A stretch of DNA of 64,000 nucleotides from a bacterium. GTDB taxonomy: Bacteria > Electryoneota > Electryoneia > Electryoneales > Electryoneaceae. Location: positions 3,648,001 to 3,712,000 of the forward strand of contig OY769902.1 in NCBI GenBank assembly GCA_963669175.1. Direction: 5' to 3'. The notes below the pieces were generated by a model. It did not search any database. It was not told the origin of the DNA and saw nothing but the letters and a program-made list of their open reading frames with translations. Shown here in pieces: positions 1 to 9,515 of the stretch (positions are counted from its first letter, which is position 1; each line of letters starts with the position of its first letter). Position numbers and translations under genes: made by a program.

Positions 1-1080
1 GGCATGGGTACAGACCTGAAATCCTGCACGAAGCGCACGGCGTGTCATTTCCGTGAGCTGTTCTTCATTCGTGGTAAGCAAGCCGGTATTGCCCGGATCA
101 TCGCTATAGGGTTCCAAGAGCGCAGCGCCACGTGATCCCAAGGCACCATCAGCGAACATCTTCACCATACCAACCTGTACCAGCGATTCCGGATCACGTT
201 GCGGCCCAAGCTCAAGCTGCCTGTTCAGGAATGCGGTATCTTCCTCCTCTGATGCGAGCATGCAGCATACACGGAAATTAAGCTCGCCTTCCGATTCCAG
301 TTCACGCAATGCCTGTAACGATTTTTCATCGGTCCAGGCATCATGAGTTCCGGTCAAGCCGACCTTGTGGCATTCACGCACGGCGTCACGTATCCACTGC
401 TTGATCTCTTCAATCGTCGGGTCAGGAATGTGTTTCCTGATAAGGTTAGCCGCATTGTCCACCAATACGCCGGTCGGGTTTCCGTCATCATCTCGAAGAA
501 TGCGGCCGCCATCAGGATCGGGAGTATCTTTCGTGATTCCGGCAATCTCCAGCGCACGTCTGTTCACCCAGGCAGCATGGCCGTCAATCCTGCGCACATA
601 AACCGGTTGCGGGATGTCCGGCATATCAGAAAGCGTGGGAAATTGTTTTACTTCCCAGTCGTTCTGATCCCAGCCACGCCCGGTGATCCATTCATCCGGT
701 TCCTGATTTCGAGCGTACTCAACGATTTTCGTCTGGATTTCGTTGATAGAAGCTGTTCCGGTGAGATTCAGCTCATTGAGCAAACGTCCAAGGTTGTACA
801 GGTGCGCATGGGCATCCACGAAACCGGGATAGGCAAACGCTCCCGCAAGATCAAAAACCTCTGTCCCTTTGCCCTGAAAAGTCTTTACTTCGTCCGCATT
901 CCCTACGAAGACAATCCTGTTGCCACGGATGGCTAGCGCTTCCGCCTCCGGTTGTTCAGGATTCATGGTGATAATGGTTCCACCGGTAAGGATAATGTCC
1001 GCTTCATGATTCTGCATGCACCCGCTCGCTATAACAAGAATGAATAGAAAAGTCACGTTAATCAACTGGACACTTTTCAT
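1..1080 (-). CDS. Amidohydrolase family protein (YtcJ-like, Amidohydrolase_3), 3' end runs off the window; possible lipoprotein
   Basis: Manual translation from ATG at 1080: MKSVQLINVTFLFILVIASGC... then PGFVDAHAH, GRGWDQNDW, RIDGHAAWVN, KMFADGALGSRGA and QVCTHA motifs. Absent from the ORF track because it has no stop inside the window. Confidence 0.9.
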   Translation of the reverse strand, partial: MKSVQLINVTFLFILVIASGCMQNHEADIILTGGTIITMNPEQPEAEALAIRGNRIVFVGNADEVKTFQGKGTEVFDLAGAFAYPGFVDAHAHLYNLGRLLNELNLTGTASINEIQTKIVEYARNQEPDEWITGRGWDQNDWEVKQFPTLSDMPDIPQPVYVRRIDGHAAWVNRRALEIAGITKDTPDPDGGRILRDDDGNPTGVLVDNAANLIRKHIPDPTIEEIKQWIRDAVRECHKVGLTGTHDAWTDEKSLQALRELESEGELNFRVCCMLASEEEDTAFLNRQLELGPQRDPESLVQVGMVKMFADGALGSRGAALLEPYSDDPGNTGLLTTNEEQLTEMTRRALRAGFQVCTHA

Positions 1081-1228
1081 CCCAACCCCCATCGGAATGT
1101 TGCCAGTGAGTATACAGGATATGGTCAGCAATAGCTACATGTTAACTTCATAAAGACAAAAAAATAATCACTTTGAGGCGTAAAAGTAGTCAGAGATAAC
1201 CAATTATCCTGTATCCTGAAAAAATAAC

Positions 1229-1251
1229 ACACCCGTCTTCAGGATCGGGTG
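1229..1251 (-). terminator. Probable intrinsic terminator after the biotin carboxylase/carrier genes
   Basis: CACCCG...CGGGTG stem with a nearby A-run on the + strand (U-tract on the - strand). Confidence 0.4.
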
Positions 1252-1309
1252 CGTTATTGCACATCAACTATCGCAAAAACTGCAAGAGTACACTTCCGTT
1301 CAGCGAAAC

Positions 1310-1804
1310 CTATTCGCCTGAGTCAATCTCCAGTAAGGGTACCTTGGCGTCCACTTGCTGCCCTTCTTCACAGTTCAAAGCGCTGACTGTTCCTGCTAAC
1401 GGCGCAGAAAGGGTATGTTCCATCTTCATGGCTTCGACAATGATCACCTGCTGGCCTTCTTCGACTGTATCGCCCTGCTTGACCAGCACCTTGATCACTT
1501 TGCCCGGCATCGGCGCGGCAACGGAATTTTCCGCCATGGCAGCGCCGCCCATTTCATCCTGTGCCCGTGCATCTTCGAAGATGTACACCCGGCCATTGAC
1601 CGCAGCCCACACTCGTCCATCCTGCTCCGCTGCCACCACACGGTAGGCAACATCACCAACACGCCAGATACCTCTGCCTGTACCAGTCTTCAGCAGTTGT
1701 CCTTCAAGCAATTCCTCGCCCACCTGGGCCCTTAGTAAACCGTCACGAATCTCTGCTTTCACTTTTACGGTGTCGTTTTCCAACGCGAATTCACGAGTTC
1801 TCAT
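1310..1804 (-). CDS. Biotin carboxyl carrier (biotin/lipoyl attachment) protein of an acyl-CoA carboxylase
   Basis: APMPGKV and EAMKME biotinylation motif; ATG at 1804 overlaps the upstream TGA (ATGA coupling). Confidence 0.9.
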   Translation of the reverse strand: MRTREFALENDTVKVKAEIRDGLLRAQVGEELLEGQLLKTGTGRGIWRVGDVAYRVVAAEQDGRVWAAVNGRVYIFEDARAQDEMGGAAMAENSVAAPMPGKVIKVLVKQGDTVEEGQQVIIVEAMKMEHTLSAPLAGTVSALNCEEGQQVDAKVPLLEIDSGE

Positions 1805-3303
1805 GCACCTGCTCCAATGCGCCATGCGCTAAAAACTTTCCACGGTGATGGGATACCGGTCGCCTGATCGCCATCACCTTCCATTGTAACAAACCCTTTT
1901 TCCGGCATTGCCGCTGCCGCTGCCAGGGCTATCTTTCGTTCCTCGTCACACTGACCATGCCAGCCGTCAAAGTGACGCGGAATAAAGTCCGTACGTGTAT
2001 CACCCTTTATAAATGGTTCTGACGCCAGAACATCCCGAAGGAATGAAGCTGTCGTCGGAACTCCGAGAGCAACATAGTCTTCCAACGCCAGGATCAAGCG
2101 TTTCCGTGCAGTTTCACGATCCGGACCATACGCAATCACTTTCGCCATGATCGGGTCGTAATCCATCGGAACCGCCACCCCCTGCACTACGCCGCCATCC
2201 ACACGAACTCCCGGCCCGGTCGGTTCTTGCAGATACAGCAACGGTCCCGCCGCAGGCAGGAATCCTCCCGCCGGATCTTCCGCATAGATACGCGCTTCAA
2301 TCGCATGCCCGTTCTGGCGAAGATCATCCTGCGTCCAGCTTAGTTTTTCACCGGCCGCAACACGGAACTGCTCGGCTACCAGATCCACCCCGGCGACTTC
2401 TTCAGTAACCGGATGTTCTACCTGAATCCGAGTGTTCACTTCGAGGAAATAGAAATTGCCATGCTTGTCAAGCAGGAATTCCACCGTCCCGGCATTGACA
2501 TATCCCGCCGCCTTGGCCGTAGCTACCGCGGCATCGCCCATCTTCTGCCTGAGTTCAGCCGTGACCGCAGTCGAAGGGGTCTCTTCAACGACTTTCTGAT
2601 GACGACGCTGGATGGAGCACTCACGTTCGAATACGTGAATGTAGTTGCCGTGTGTATCGGCAAAGATCTGGAATTCCACATGACGCGGTTCTTCCAGCCA
2701 TTTTTCCAGGAATACACGTGAATCGCCAAATGCGCCCTTCGCTTCACGCATCGCGCCTTCAATAGCATCAGAAAGCTGTTTTTCTTCGTGAACGACACGC
2801 ATGCCCTTGCCACCACCGCCCGCAGCGGCTTTCACCAGCAAGGGATAGCCGATTTTTCCGGCTTCCTTCTTGTAAACTTCGATATCCTCAGTCTCACCGG
2901 TAAAACCGGGTGTTACCGGGACACCGGCCTTTTCCATTGCGATTCGGCTGCGCACCTTGTCGCCAAGAAGGTCAATCACATCCGGCGGCGGTCCAATCCA
3001 CACCAATCCAGCGTCAATCACGGCTTTTGCAAAAGCAGCACGTTCCGCCAGGAATCCATACCCGGGATGAATCGCTTCACAACCGGTGCGTTTTGCAGCG
3101 TCAATCAGCTTTTCGATTGCCAGATAACTTTCACCCGGCGGGGGAGCTCCCAAGTGTACCGCCTCATCAGCAAGACGCACGTGCAGCGCCTTCTCGTCCA
3201 CATCACTGTAGACAGCGACCGGGGATATTCCGAGTGTGCGACACGCTCGTATAATGCGTACCGCTATCTCTCCCCTGTTTGCGATCAGTACTTTCTTGAA
3301 CAC
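1801..3303 (-). CDS. Biotin carboxylase subunit of an acyl-CoA (acetyl/propionyl/methylcrotonyl-CoA) carboxylase
   Basis: KVLIANRGEIA, HPGYGFLAE, GGGGKGMR, ERECSIQRRHQK, FLEVNTRIQVEHPVTE; GGAGG RBS before the GTG start. Confidence 0.95.
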   Translation of the reverse strand: MFKKVLIANRGEIAVRIIRACRTLGISPVAVYSDVDEKALHVRLADEAVHLGAPPPGESYLAIEKLIDAAKRTGCEAIHPGYGFLAERAAFAKAVIDAGLVWIGPPPDVIDLLGDKVRSRIAMEKAGVPVTPGFTGETEDIEVYKKEAGKIGYPLLVKAAAGGGGKGMRVVHEEKQLSDAIEGAMREAKGAFGDSRVFLEKWLEEPRHVEFQIFADTHGNYIHVFERECSIQRRHQKVVEETPSTAVTAELRQKMGDAAVATAKAAGYVNAGTVEFLLDKHGNFYFLEVNTRIQVEHPVTEEVAGVDLVAEQFRVAAGEKLSWTQDDLRQNGHAIEARIYAEDPAGGFLPAAGPLLYLQEPTGPGVRVDGGVVQGVAVPMDYDPIMAKVIAYGPDRETARKRLILALEDYVALGVPTTASFLRDVLASEPFIKGDTRTDFIPRHFDGWHGQCDEERKIALAAAAAMPEKGFVTMEGDGDQATGIPSPWKVFSAWRIGAGA

Positions 3304-3386
3304 ATTGCCTCCATAGGCTATAGGTTCACGTAGTCTTCGCTCGCATACTCTACCATACAGACTGACTCACATGACACACACGACTC

Positions 3387-3560
3387 ACAGGATATTAGGA
3401 TATAAAGATATTCAGGATAAAAGACTATTAACGCTAAAAACACTTTCCATTTTCCTTGCTTATTTCAATTATTTTGCCTGCATCTATTCTCGTTGTTTTC
3501 ATTCTTAATTTTTAATTTTTAATTCTTTATCCTTTACATCCTATTATCCTACTATCCTGT
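3387..3560. repeat. Imperfect inverted repeat built from 9-nt periodic AGGAT units, enclosing TTTTAAT heptamer repeats
   Basis: ACAGGATATTAGGATATAAAGATATTCAGGATAA (3387-3420) versus the reverse complement of 3527-3560, ACAGGATAGTAGGATAATAGGATGTAAAGGATAA. Confidence 0.6.
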
Positions 3561-3576
3561 TAAGAAGATTCTCTTG

Positions 3577-6183
3577 TTACCCAAAGAACAGGCCGTACAC
3601 AATGATCAGCGCGATCACAACCATCATCAATCCTTCACCGGCGATCAGGCCGCTGGCCAGTGAGAAACCGTACTTTTCAGCCTTTTCCGCATAGCGTTTT
3701 TCGTACCAGCCATAGCCCACAGCACCCAACCACATGGCAATAGAGTATACCGGATGGACCATGAATGCAATACTGAATGCAACCGGGCTGGGCAGCCATT
3801 TACCAACTTTCGGCGCCAGCTTGCCGATTACCGGAACAACAATACCGAAAATCGCGCCAGCCAAAGCGCCCCACAAAGCGCCCGGCGGTAACGCGCTGAA
3901 GCCCTTGCTGAGGATTTCCGCCATCTTATACCAGGCGAACACGGCCGGACCGGGGAACACATCACCGGGAATATCATAGGCCAGCATCAGCACCTTGAAA
4001 GTGGCCGAAGCTGCAAACACACCGACAATCACACCGATTAACTGGGTGATGACCTGCTTGCGTACGGATACCTTCAGCATATGCCCGGCTTTCAGGTCGT
4101 GCATCAGGTCGCCTGCCTGGCTGGCTCCCGCAGCAGTAATACCGGCAGCCATCAGGTTAGTCTGCATATAACCGGGATGCAACGCGCCGAACACGACCTG
4201 CGTGATCTTGCCCATAGCGCCGACCGGGTTAATGTCTGTTTCCCCCGTAGCACGCACTGCAATCGCCGCAACCAGTAACGACAGAATTACCGCCAGCACA
4301 CCCATCCAGACCGGAATCCCAAAATAGGTATAGGCCAGAAATGCGGTCAGGAAGGTTGCCAGCGCCATCCCGATCGCCCAGTACTTCATCGGGTAGGGAT
4401 CTGGCGCGTCTTCCTCTTCGTCCGCATCTTTCGCAGCAGCAACACCCTTGATCGAAGTGAAGGTTCGTGCAATGGATTTCCACTGGAACGCCAGGCTGAC
4501 AAAACTGGAGGTGATCATCAGCGAAACACCGGTCCAAAGCACCCAGTTGAAACCGGCTCGATAGGGACTGGTTGTATCCGGAAGATTATAAGCAAGTACC
4601 GTTTTGTTTTCTTGCGAACGAATCCGCAGCTCATCTAGCGTCATGAGTGGTTGAGGTGGATCCAGCGCCAGTTTTTTTCGTGTTTCTGCCAGTAAAGTTA
4701 ACGCATATGGCCCGACACTCTGTACGGACAAACTGTCCACACTACGTGTCCCCAACATAATGGCAGCCATCTGGTAAGGACGCACAACTTCATCTAAATC
4801 AACATCTTTACCATTAACAACACGTGTTGAAGCACGTGCCAGGTCTGCCTGCATCATCCATTTCAGATGTTCAATCGGTTCAACCATGGCTGTGCTGTCC
4901 AGCATGGCATGAAGCTGCTGAACTTCGGTGTTGCTGGACGTAATCAGGGTCAGGAGATGAGTCGCTACGTCCTTATCAAGTTGTGTATCAAGGATAATCG
5001 GATTGTTAAATCGAGGAGCTTCCCACTCGATTTCGCCATCCAGCATTCCCTGGCGTACAAGGGTTGCCAGCGCGAAGTTCACAACACGCTGATCATCCTG
5101 ATCGAGTCCTGCCAGTTTTTCTTCCAGCAGAGCCTCGTCCAGAATCCCAAGTTGCGCCGCGCCCAGGATATCTCGTGCAACTTCAATATTTTCGTCGGTA
5201 GTGCGATGCAGCAGCTCAATCACATCCGCTTCAATGTACGCTGAGACGATAGAAGCAGTTGTCGACGCTTCACCGGGGGAATCCTTGGTACGCATCTGTT
5301 CATTTTCGGCAAGGATCCCGGTTCGTCGCATCACCTCCTCAACGGCACGGTTCAGCTCCGCCTGATCACCATGTATGTTTCGTCGTACCGCAGCGATATC
5401 GGGAGCAACTTCTACTCGACCGCTGTCGAGGAGAATCGGGGTAATGATGCCCCATGCCAGCACCGCGCCGCCCAACAGGCTCCACCCCACCTTTTTCCCG
5501 ATCAGGATACCGGCACCGATCATCATCGGGGACATGTTCAGCCCGAAATAAAGCGACTGAAGTGAGAAGCCCATCAGGGTAATGGCCGTAATGCCAAAGG
5601 TTTCGATGTAAAGATTTTCAACCACACCGGCGGGTGTATATTCCATCAGCGCTTTCCAGACTGCCGCGCCAATCGCAGCCCACATCAGCACCTTGGTTTT
5701 TTTCATCGCTTCCACACCGGAAGCATACATGGCCTTGATGGTTTCACCGGCAGCCGTACCTGTCGGGTAACGCAGTTTCTCGACAACCACCATCTGTTTG
5801 CGAAGCGGCACCGCGAAATGAACCCCGAGAAATGCGATGCTGATCGCCCAGATCATGTATTGCCACAGGGTGAGCGGATCCTGCCCATTGGCCAGACGGA
5901 TCATTTCCAGCGCAGGGATCGACGACACAAATCCACCTGCCGACGCCATGGTTCCGGACGAGGAACCGGCTGTCGCCGAGATCAGGTTTTCTTTGCTGGT
6001 ATAAGGGTTTCGGAGTCCGCGCATGGCGGAAAAGATGGCAAAACTGATGACTGCTGCAGTGATGGAGGCGCCAAAGGTCCAGCCGATTTTTAGGCCGATA
6101 CAAACATTGGACATCGCTATCAATGAACCGACAAAAAGCCCCGAAATCACTGCTCGAAAGGTAAGTTCCGAGTGGTTGTTCAT
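3577..6183 (-). CDS. OPT-family oligopeptide transporter with a large soluble insertion
   Basis: ELTFRAVISG, LRYPTGTAA, GETDINPVGAMGK, DLMHDLKAG, ASGLIAGEGL motifs; start moved to ATG 6183 after GGAGA. Confidence 0.9.
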   Translation of the reverse strand: MNNHSELTFRAVISGLFVGSLIAMSNVCIGLKIGWTFGASITAAVISFAIFSAMRGLRNPYTSKENLISATAGSSSGTMASAGGFVSSIPALEMIRLANGQDPLTLWQYMIWAISIAFLGVHFAVPLRKQMVVVEKLRYPTGTAAGETIKAMYASGVEAMKKTKVLMWAAIGAAVWKALMEYTPAGVVENLYIETFGITAITLMGFSLQSLYFGLNMSPMMIGAGILIGKKVGWSLLGGAVLAWGIITPILLDSGRVEVAPDIAAVRRNIHGDQAELNRAVEEVMRRTGILAENEQMRTKDSPGEASTTASIVSAYIEADVIELLHRTTDENIEVARDILGAAQLGILDEALLEEKLAGLDQDDQRVVNFALATLVRQGMLDGEIEWEAPRFNNPIILDTQLDKDVATHLLTLITSSNTEVQQLHAMLDSTAMVEPIEHLKWMMQADLARASTRVVNGKDVDLDEVVRPYQMAAIMLGTRSVDSLSVQSVGPYALTLLAETRKKLALDPPQPLMTLDELRIRSQENKTVLAYNLPDTTSPYRAGFNWVLWTGVSLMITSSFVSLAFQWKSIARTFTSIKGVAAAKDADEEEDAPDPYPMKYWAIGMALATFLTAFLAYTYFGIPVWMGVLAVILSLLVAAIAVRATGETDINPVGAMGKITQVVFGALHPGYMQTNLMAAGITAAGASQAGDLMHDLKAGHMLKVSVRKQVITQLIGVIVGVFAASATFKVLMLAYDIPGDVFPGPAVFAWYKMAEILSKGFSALPPGALWGALAGAIFGIVVPVIGKLAPKVGKWLPSPVAFSIAFMVHPVYSIAMWLGAVGYGWYEKRYAEKAEKYGFSLASGLIAGEGLMMVVIALIIVYGLFFG

Positions 6184-6316
6184 GCATTCTCCCAACTATG
6201 GAAGCTTTTAAGATACACTACAATACCGGGAGGTGCAAAAGCTCGGGAAGCCTGAGAAGCGATTCATTTAAGAAGTGTATTGTTCGCTGAGATGGTTTTC
6301 TGACATGCCTTTCCTG

Positions 6317-6799
6317 CTACCTATCTTCTTGTTGTTTAAGAGGTAGCTTTGTTTCCGGTTTCGTTTCTTCGGATGCAGTACCCGGGATAGGTATACCCAA
6401 CATTTCAGGTGTTAGTGTGGAGAGTTGAGCTCGTTTTACTGTGGCTATGTCGTTAGTACGTTTCACTTCTTTGGCACATTTGGCACAGGTCGCTTCACGC
6501 CCCAACCGGCTTCGACAGGCAATCCCATGACGACACACATATTCAATCCCCTGGGATATCAGCACAAAACCGGGATCAGTTGACGGATCTGGATGATAAC
6601 CGCCATCCTCGTAGACCTTCCCCTTGTGCCCTGAGAACCCGGAAACTTTTTTCCCGAGGGACACAGTTGGCCACTCCGCATAGAGCTCGGCAAGGGCCTG
6701 ATCCGCGGCGCTCACATACCCCGTAGCCTTCACTTCAGAAAACTTACCCAGTCGCTTCCTGATTTGCCTGACCAAGTTCAGCATCGCTTCCTCGTCCAA
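6317..6799 (-). CDS. Hypothetical protein (possibly a fragment) with a C-x5-C and CxxC cluster
   Basis: 160 aa ORF with a TTG start and no clear RBS; no family recognised. Confidence 0.35.
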   Translation of the reverse strand: MDEEAMLNLVRQIRKRLGKFSEVKATGYVSAADQALAELYAEWPTVSLGKKVSGFSGHKGKVYEDGGYHPDPSTDPGFVLISQGIEYVCRHGIACRSRLGREATCAKCAKEVKRTNDIATVKRAQLSTLTPEMLGIPIPGTASEETKPETKLPLKQQEDR

Positions 6800-7007
6800 A
6801 TGGCAGCATTAATAAATATAAGGAGATGGACGAGGAAATCAATACTCGATTCGACATATTTTGATATTTATGATTATTATTGTATTTTGGCGTTTTTCGT
6901 GTTTAAAGCCGTCGGGCTCGAGAAAATACATTGTTTACTCACTACTTACTTTTTCTCTGATTACTGCTCCTGATTCTGATGTTTGTCTCTCAAGGAGCAT
7001 GCCTTTT

Positions 7008-9320
7008 CTAAAACTCCAGGCTGACACCGATAGAAGGCAGTAAACCGATCGAATCGCCTTTTATGGCTCGCTGTTCACGTTCGTCCCATTCGGGCGCGTA
7101 ATCTGTTTTGTGGTTGTACACGTTCTGCACATCGATATAGGTGATCAGGTTATAGTTCGCAAAGCGCCAGAAACGGTCCACACGGATATCCAGGCTGTGA
7201 TTGATACCGGTCCGTTTCGAGTAATAGTCCTCGACGTCCTCGCTGCCATCCGGGTTGTATGGTGTGTAAGGACGCCCGGTGGCCAGGCGGAACTTGGAAG
7301 AGACTTCCCATTTCTGGTCGAACATGAATCCCACGCCGAGGTTAAAAATCCAGCGTTGATCCCACGCGCCAGGCCGTTCAATACCATCCAGTCCGGTAAA
7401 CCAGGTTTCACTGTAGGTAAGCGATGCAGTGCCGTAATGAGGATTATCAGAGGATTTCTTCTGCACCAGCAGCTCCACCCCACGTGACCAGCCTTCTCCC
7501 TTGCTGACCAGGGGATCAAAACCGTAACTGGCGAAACCTTCAGTCGCTCCTCCATACCCCGCCCCGGTATTGGCAAGCACCAGCCAGGGACGAGTAGTAC
7601 TCGCAGGATAGTTGAAGTAATCCTTGTAATAGGTCTCAACCTGTACGCGAACATCGGAACGCAGGAAATATTCTGTTCCCAGCACCAGTTGATCCGCGCC
7701 GATTTGTTTCAGTTCTCGGTTCTTTTCATTAGCCACCAGCCAGATATAGCTGGGCGCCTGGTGATAACGTCCCACGCTGGCGTTCAGTTTCATGTTGTCA
7801 AACAGTTGGTAGGACATGGCCAGACGCGGACTGAAGGCCCAGCCATCCTCGATCATGTCGAAATAATCAGCGCGTCCCCCAAGGGTAGTCGTGAGAAAGC
7901 CGAATTTTTTCGCCAGTTGAACATAGGCCGCTGATTTGAAGGTTGCAGAGTTATAGTGTTCGTTCAGGTACAGTGTCTGCACTGGTGTAATCTCGGTACT
8001 GTCCAGGAAGATGTCGGCATTGAATCGAACCAGTTTCTGTTCTACACCTGTGGTGATGCGCAGGTCGTCAGCAGGATCGAAAACAACTTCTCCTATCAGG
8101 GAGGTTTCATCTTCAAAGGATTTGTTGTAGAAGAATTGCTGCATCAGGGTGTCATTCTGCCCGATATCAAACGTGACATAGTTTTTACCAAGGGTCAGGT
8201 TGGTGTATCCGCTGCCGAAGAAGTGCTTCCAGGTAACCCCGCCAATATACTGGTTAAGCGATGGAAATGGCGTCTGGGCGTTATCATAGCGCTGATCAGC
8301 GTCATCGTTAAACAGCTTGACACGATCCAGAACGACCAGCCCTACCCCGCTCAGCTTGTCCCTGGGGCCGAGATCGTAATTCACCTTGCCCAGGAAATCC
8401 CAGTATTCCGGGACGAAGCCAAACCCTGCCGCTTTGAAGATAAAATCCAGGTAGCTGCGTCGTGCTGAAAACAGGAATCCATTGCTGGAACCATCCGCAT
8501 TCTTTGCCAGCGGTCCCTCAAGATTGAAACCGAACTGGGATGCGGAAATGTTGGCTTTTCCGCCGATACGATCACTGCGGGGATCACGAAGATCTATGCT
8601 GAGAACGCTGGAGAGTTTATCCCCGTAGCGCACTCCGAAACCGCCAGTGTTAAAAGTGGTACGGTCAATATAGTCCAGATTGATGAAACTCTGCGGACCA
8701 CCGCCAGCTCCCTGGGTTCCGAAGTGATTGATATTATTCAGTGGGATATTGTCAAGAATAAAGAGGTTCTCTGAAGGCGCGCCGCCACGGACAACCATAT
8801 CATTGCGTCCCGGTGTCGCCTGGGCTACTCCCGGCAGAATGGACACGGCACGAACCACATCCTCAAAACCGCCAGGGAAACGTCTGATCTCTTCATTGCT
8901 CTGGGTGATGGTACTGACAGTGAAGTCGTCCGGCTTTCGGAAATAGCCGGCGGTGACTTTTACCTCTTCCAATTGCAAGGTCGTTGGCTCTAGCGAAATG
9001 TTCAACTCGACCGGACGCGCATTGGTCACCACCACATCCGGCTGAATCGTTGTTGCGAATCCCAGGGCAGTGATTTCCAGCGCGTAATGCCCGGGCGGGA
9101 TTGATTGAATTGCAAAACGTCCATCCAGATCTGTGGCGCTGCCATATCGGGTACCTTGAACAACCACATTGGCCCCGACTATTGGCGAACGATCTTTCGC
9201 ATTCAGCACCTGTCCGATAATAACACCATTATCAGCTTGCGTAGCGGCAATAGAGCTCCCGATCACTAGTGAGAGCATCAGTACGCTGCCCAGGACCAGA
9301 ATTGTCACATTGCGCATCAT
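7008..9320 (-). CDS. TonB-dependent receptor with an N-terminal carboxypeptidase-regulatory-like domain
   Basis: Signal peptide, GSATDLDGRF, VVRGGAPSEN plug motif, GGFGVRYGDKLSSVL, C-terminal Phe; GGGAG RBS before ATG 9320. Confidence 0.9.
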   Translation of the reverse strand: MMRNVTILVLGSVLMLSLVIGSSIAATQADNGVIIGQVLNAKDRSPIVGANVVVQGTRYGSATDLDGRFAIQSIPPGHYALEITALGFATTIQPDVVVTNARPVELNISLEPTTLQLEEVKVTAGYFRKPDDFTVSTITQSNEEIRRFPGGFEDVVRAVSILPGVAQATPGRNDMVVRGGAPSENLFILDNIPLNNINHFGTQGAGGGPQSFINLDYIDRTTFNTGGFGVRYGDKLSSVLSIDLRDPRSDRIGGKANISASQFGFNLEGPLAKNADGSSNGFLFSARRSYLDFIFKAAGFGFVPEYWDFLGKVNYDLGPRDKLSGVGLVVLDRVKLFNDDADQRYDNAQTPFPSLNQYIGGVTWKHFFGSGYTNLTLGKNYVTFDIGQNDTLMQQFFYNKSFEDETSLIGEVVFDPADDLRITTGVEQKLVRFNADIFLDSTEITPVQTLYLNEHYNSATFKSAAYVQLAKKFGFLTTTLGGRADYFDMIEDGWAFSPRLAMSYQLFDNMKLNASVGRYHQAPSYIWLVANEKNRELKQIGADQLVLGTEYFLRSDVRVQVETYYKDYFNYPASTTRPWLVLANTGAGYGGATEGFASYGFDPLVSKGEGWSRGVELLVQKKSSDNPHYGTASLTYSETWFTGLDGIERPGAWDQRWIFNLGVGFMFDQKWEVSSKFRLATGRPYTPYNPDGSEDVEDYYSKRTGINHSLDIRVDRFWRFANYNLITYIDVQNVYNHKTDYAPEWDEREQRAIKGDSIGLLPSIGVSLEF

Positions 9321-9515
9321 CGACTCCCTGTCTTGTTTTGTTTTCAACAGTTAGACGCACTTAATATTTTTTCGTTCCTACCCCGATTTATGAGCTGTCT
9401 CTGGAGAACCCCTAACAATATCCTTACAATCAAGCGGCATTGTTGCTAATCACAAAACAGATGTACTGAGTTTAAGACAAAATAAGTGTGACCTGAAACT
9501 GAACGGGAGGACATC

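Noticed and set aside
343-936. 197 aa + strand ORF
   Set aside because: It is antisense to the amidohydrolase gene, which has clear motifs on the minus strand.
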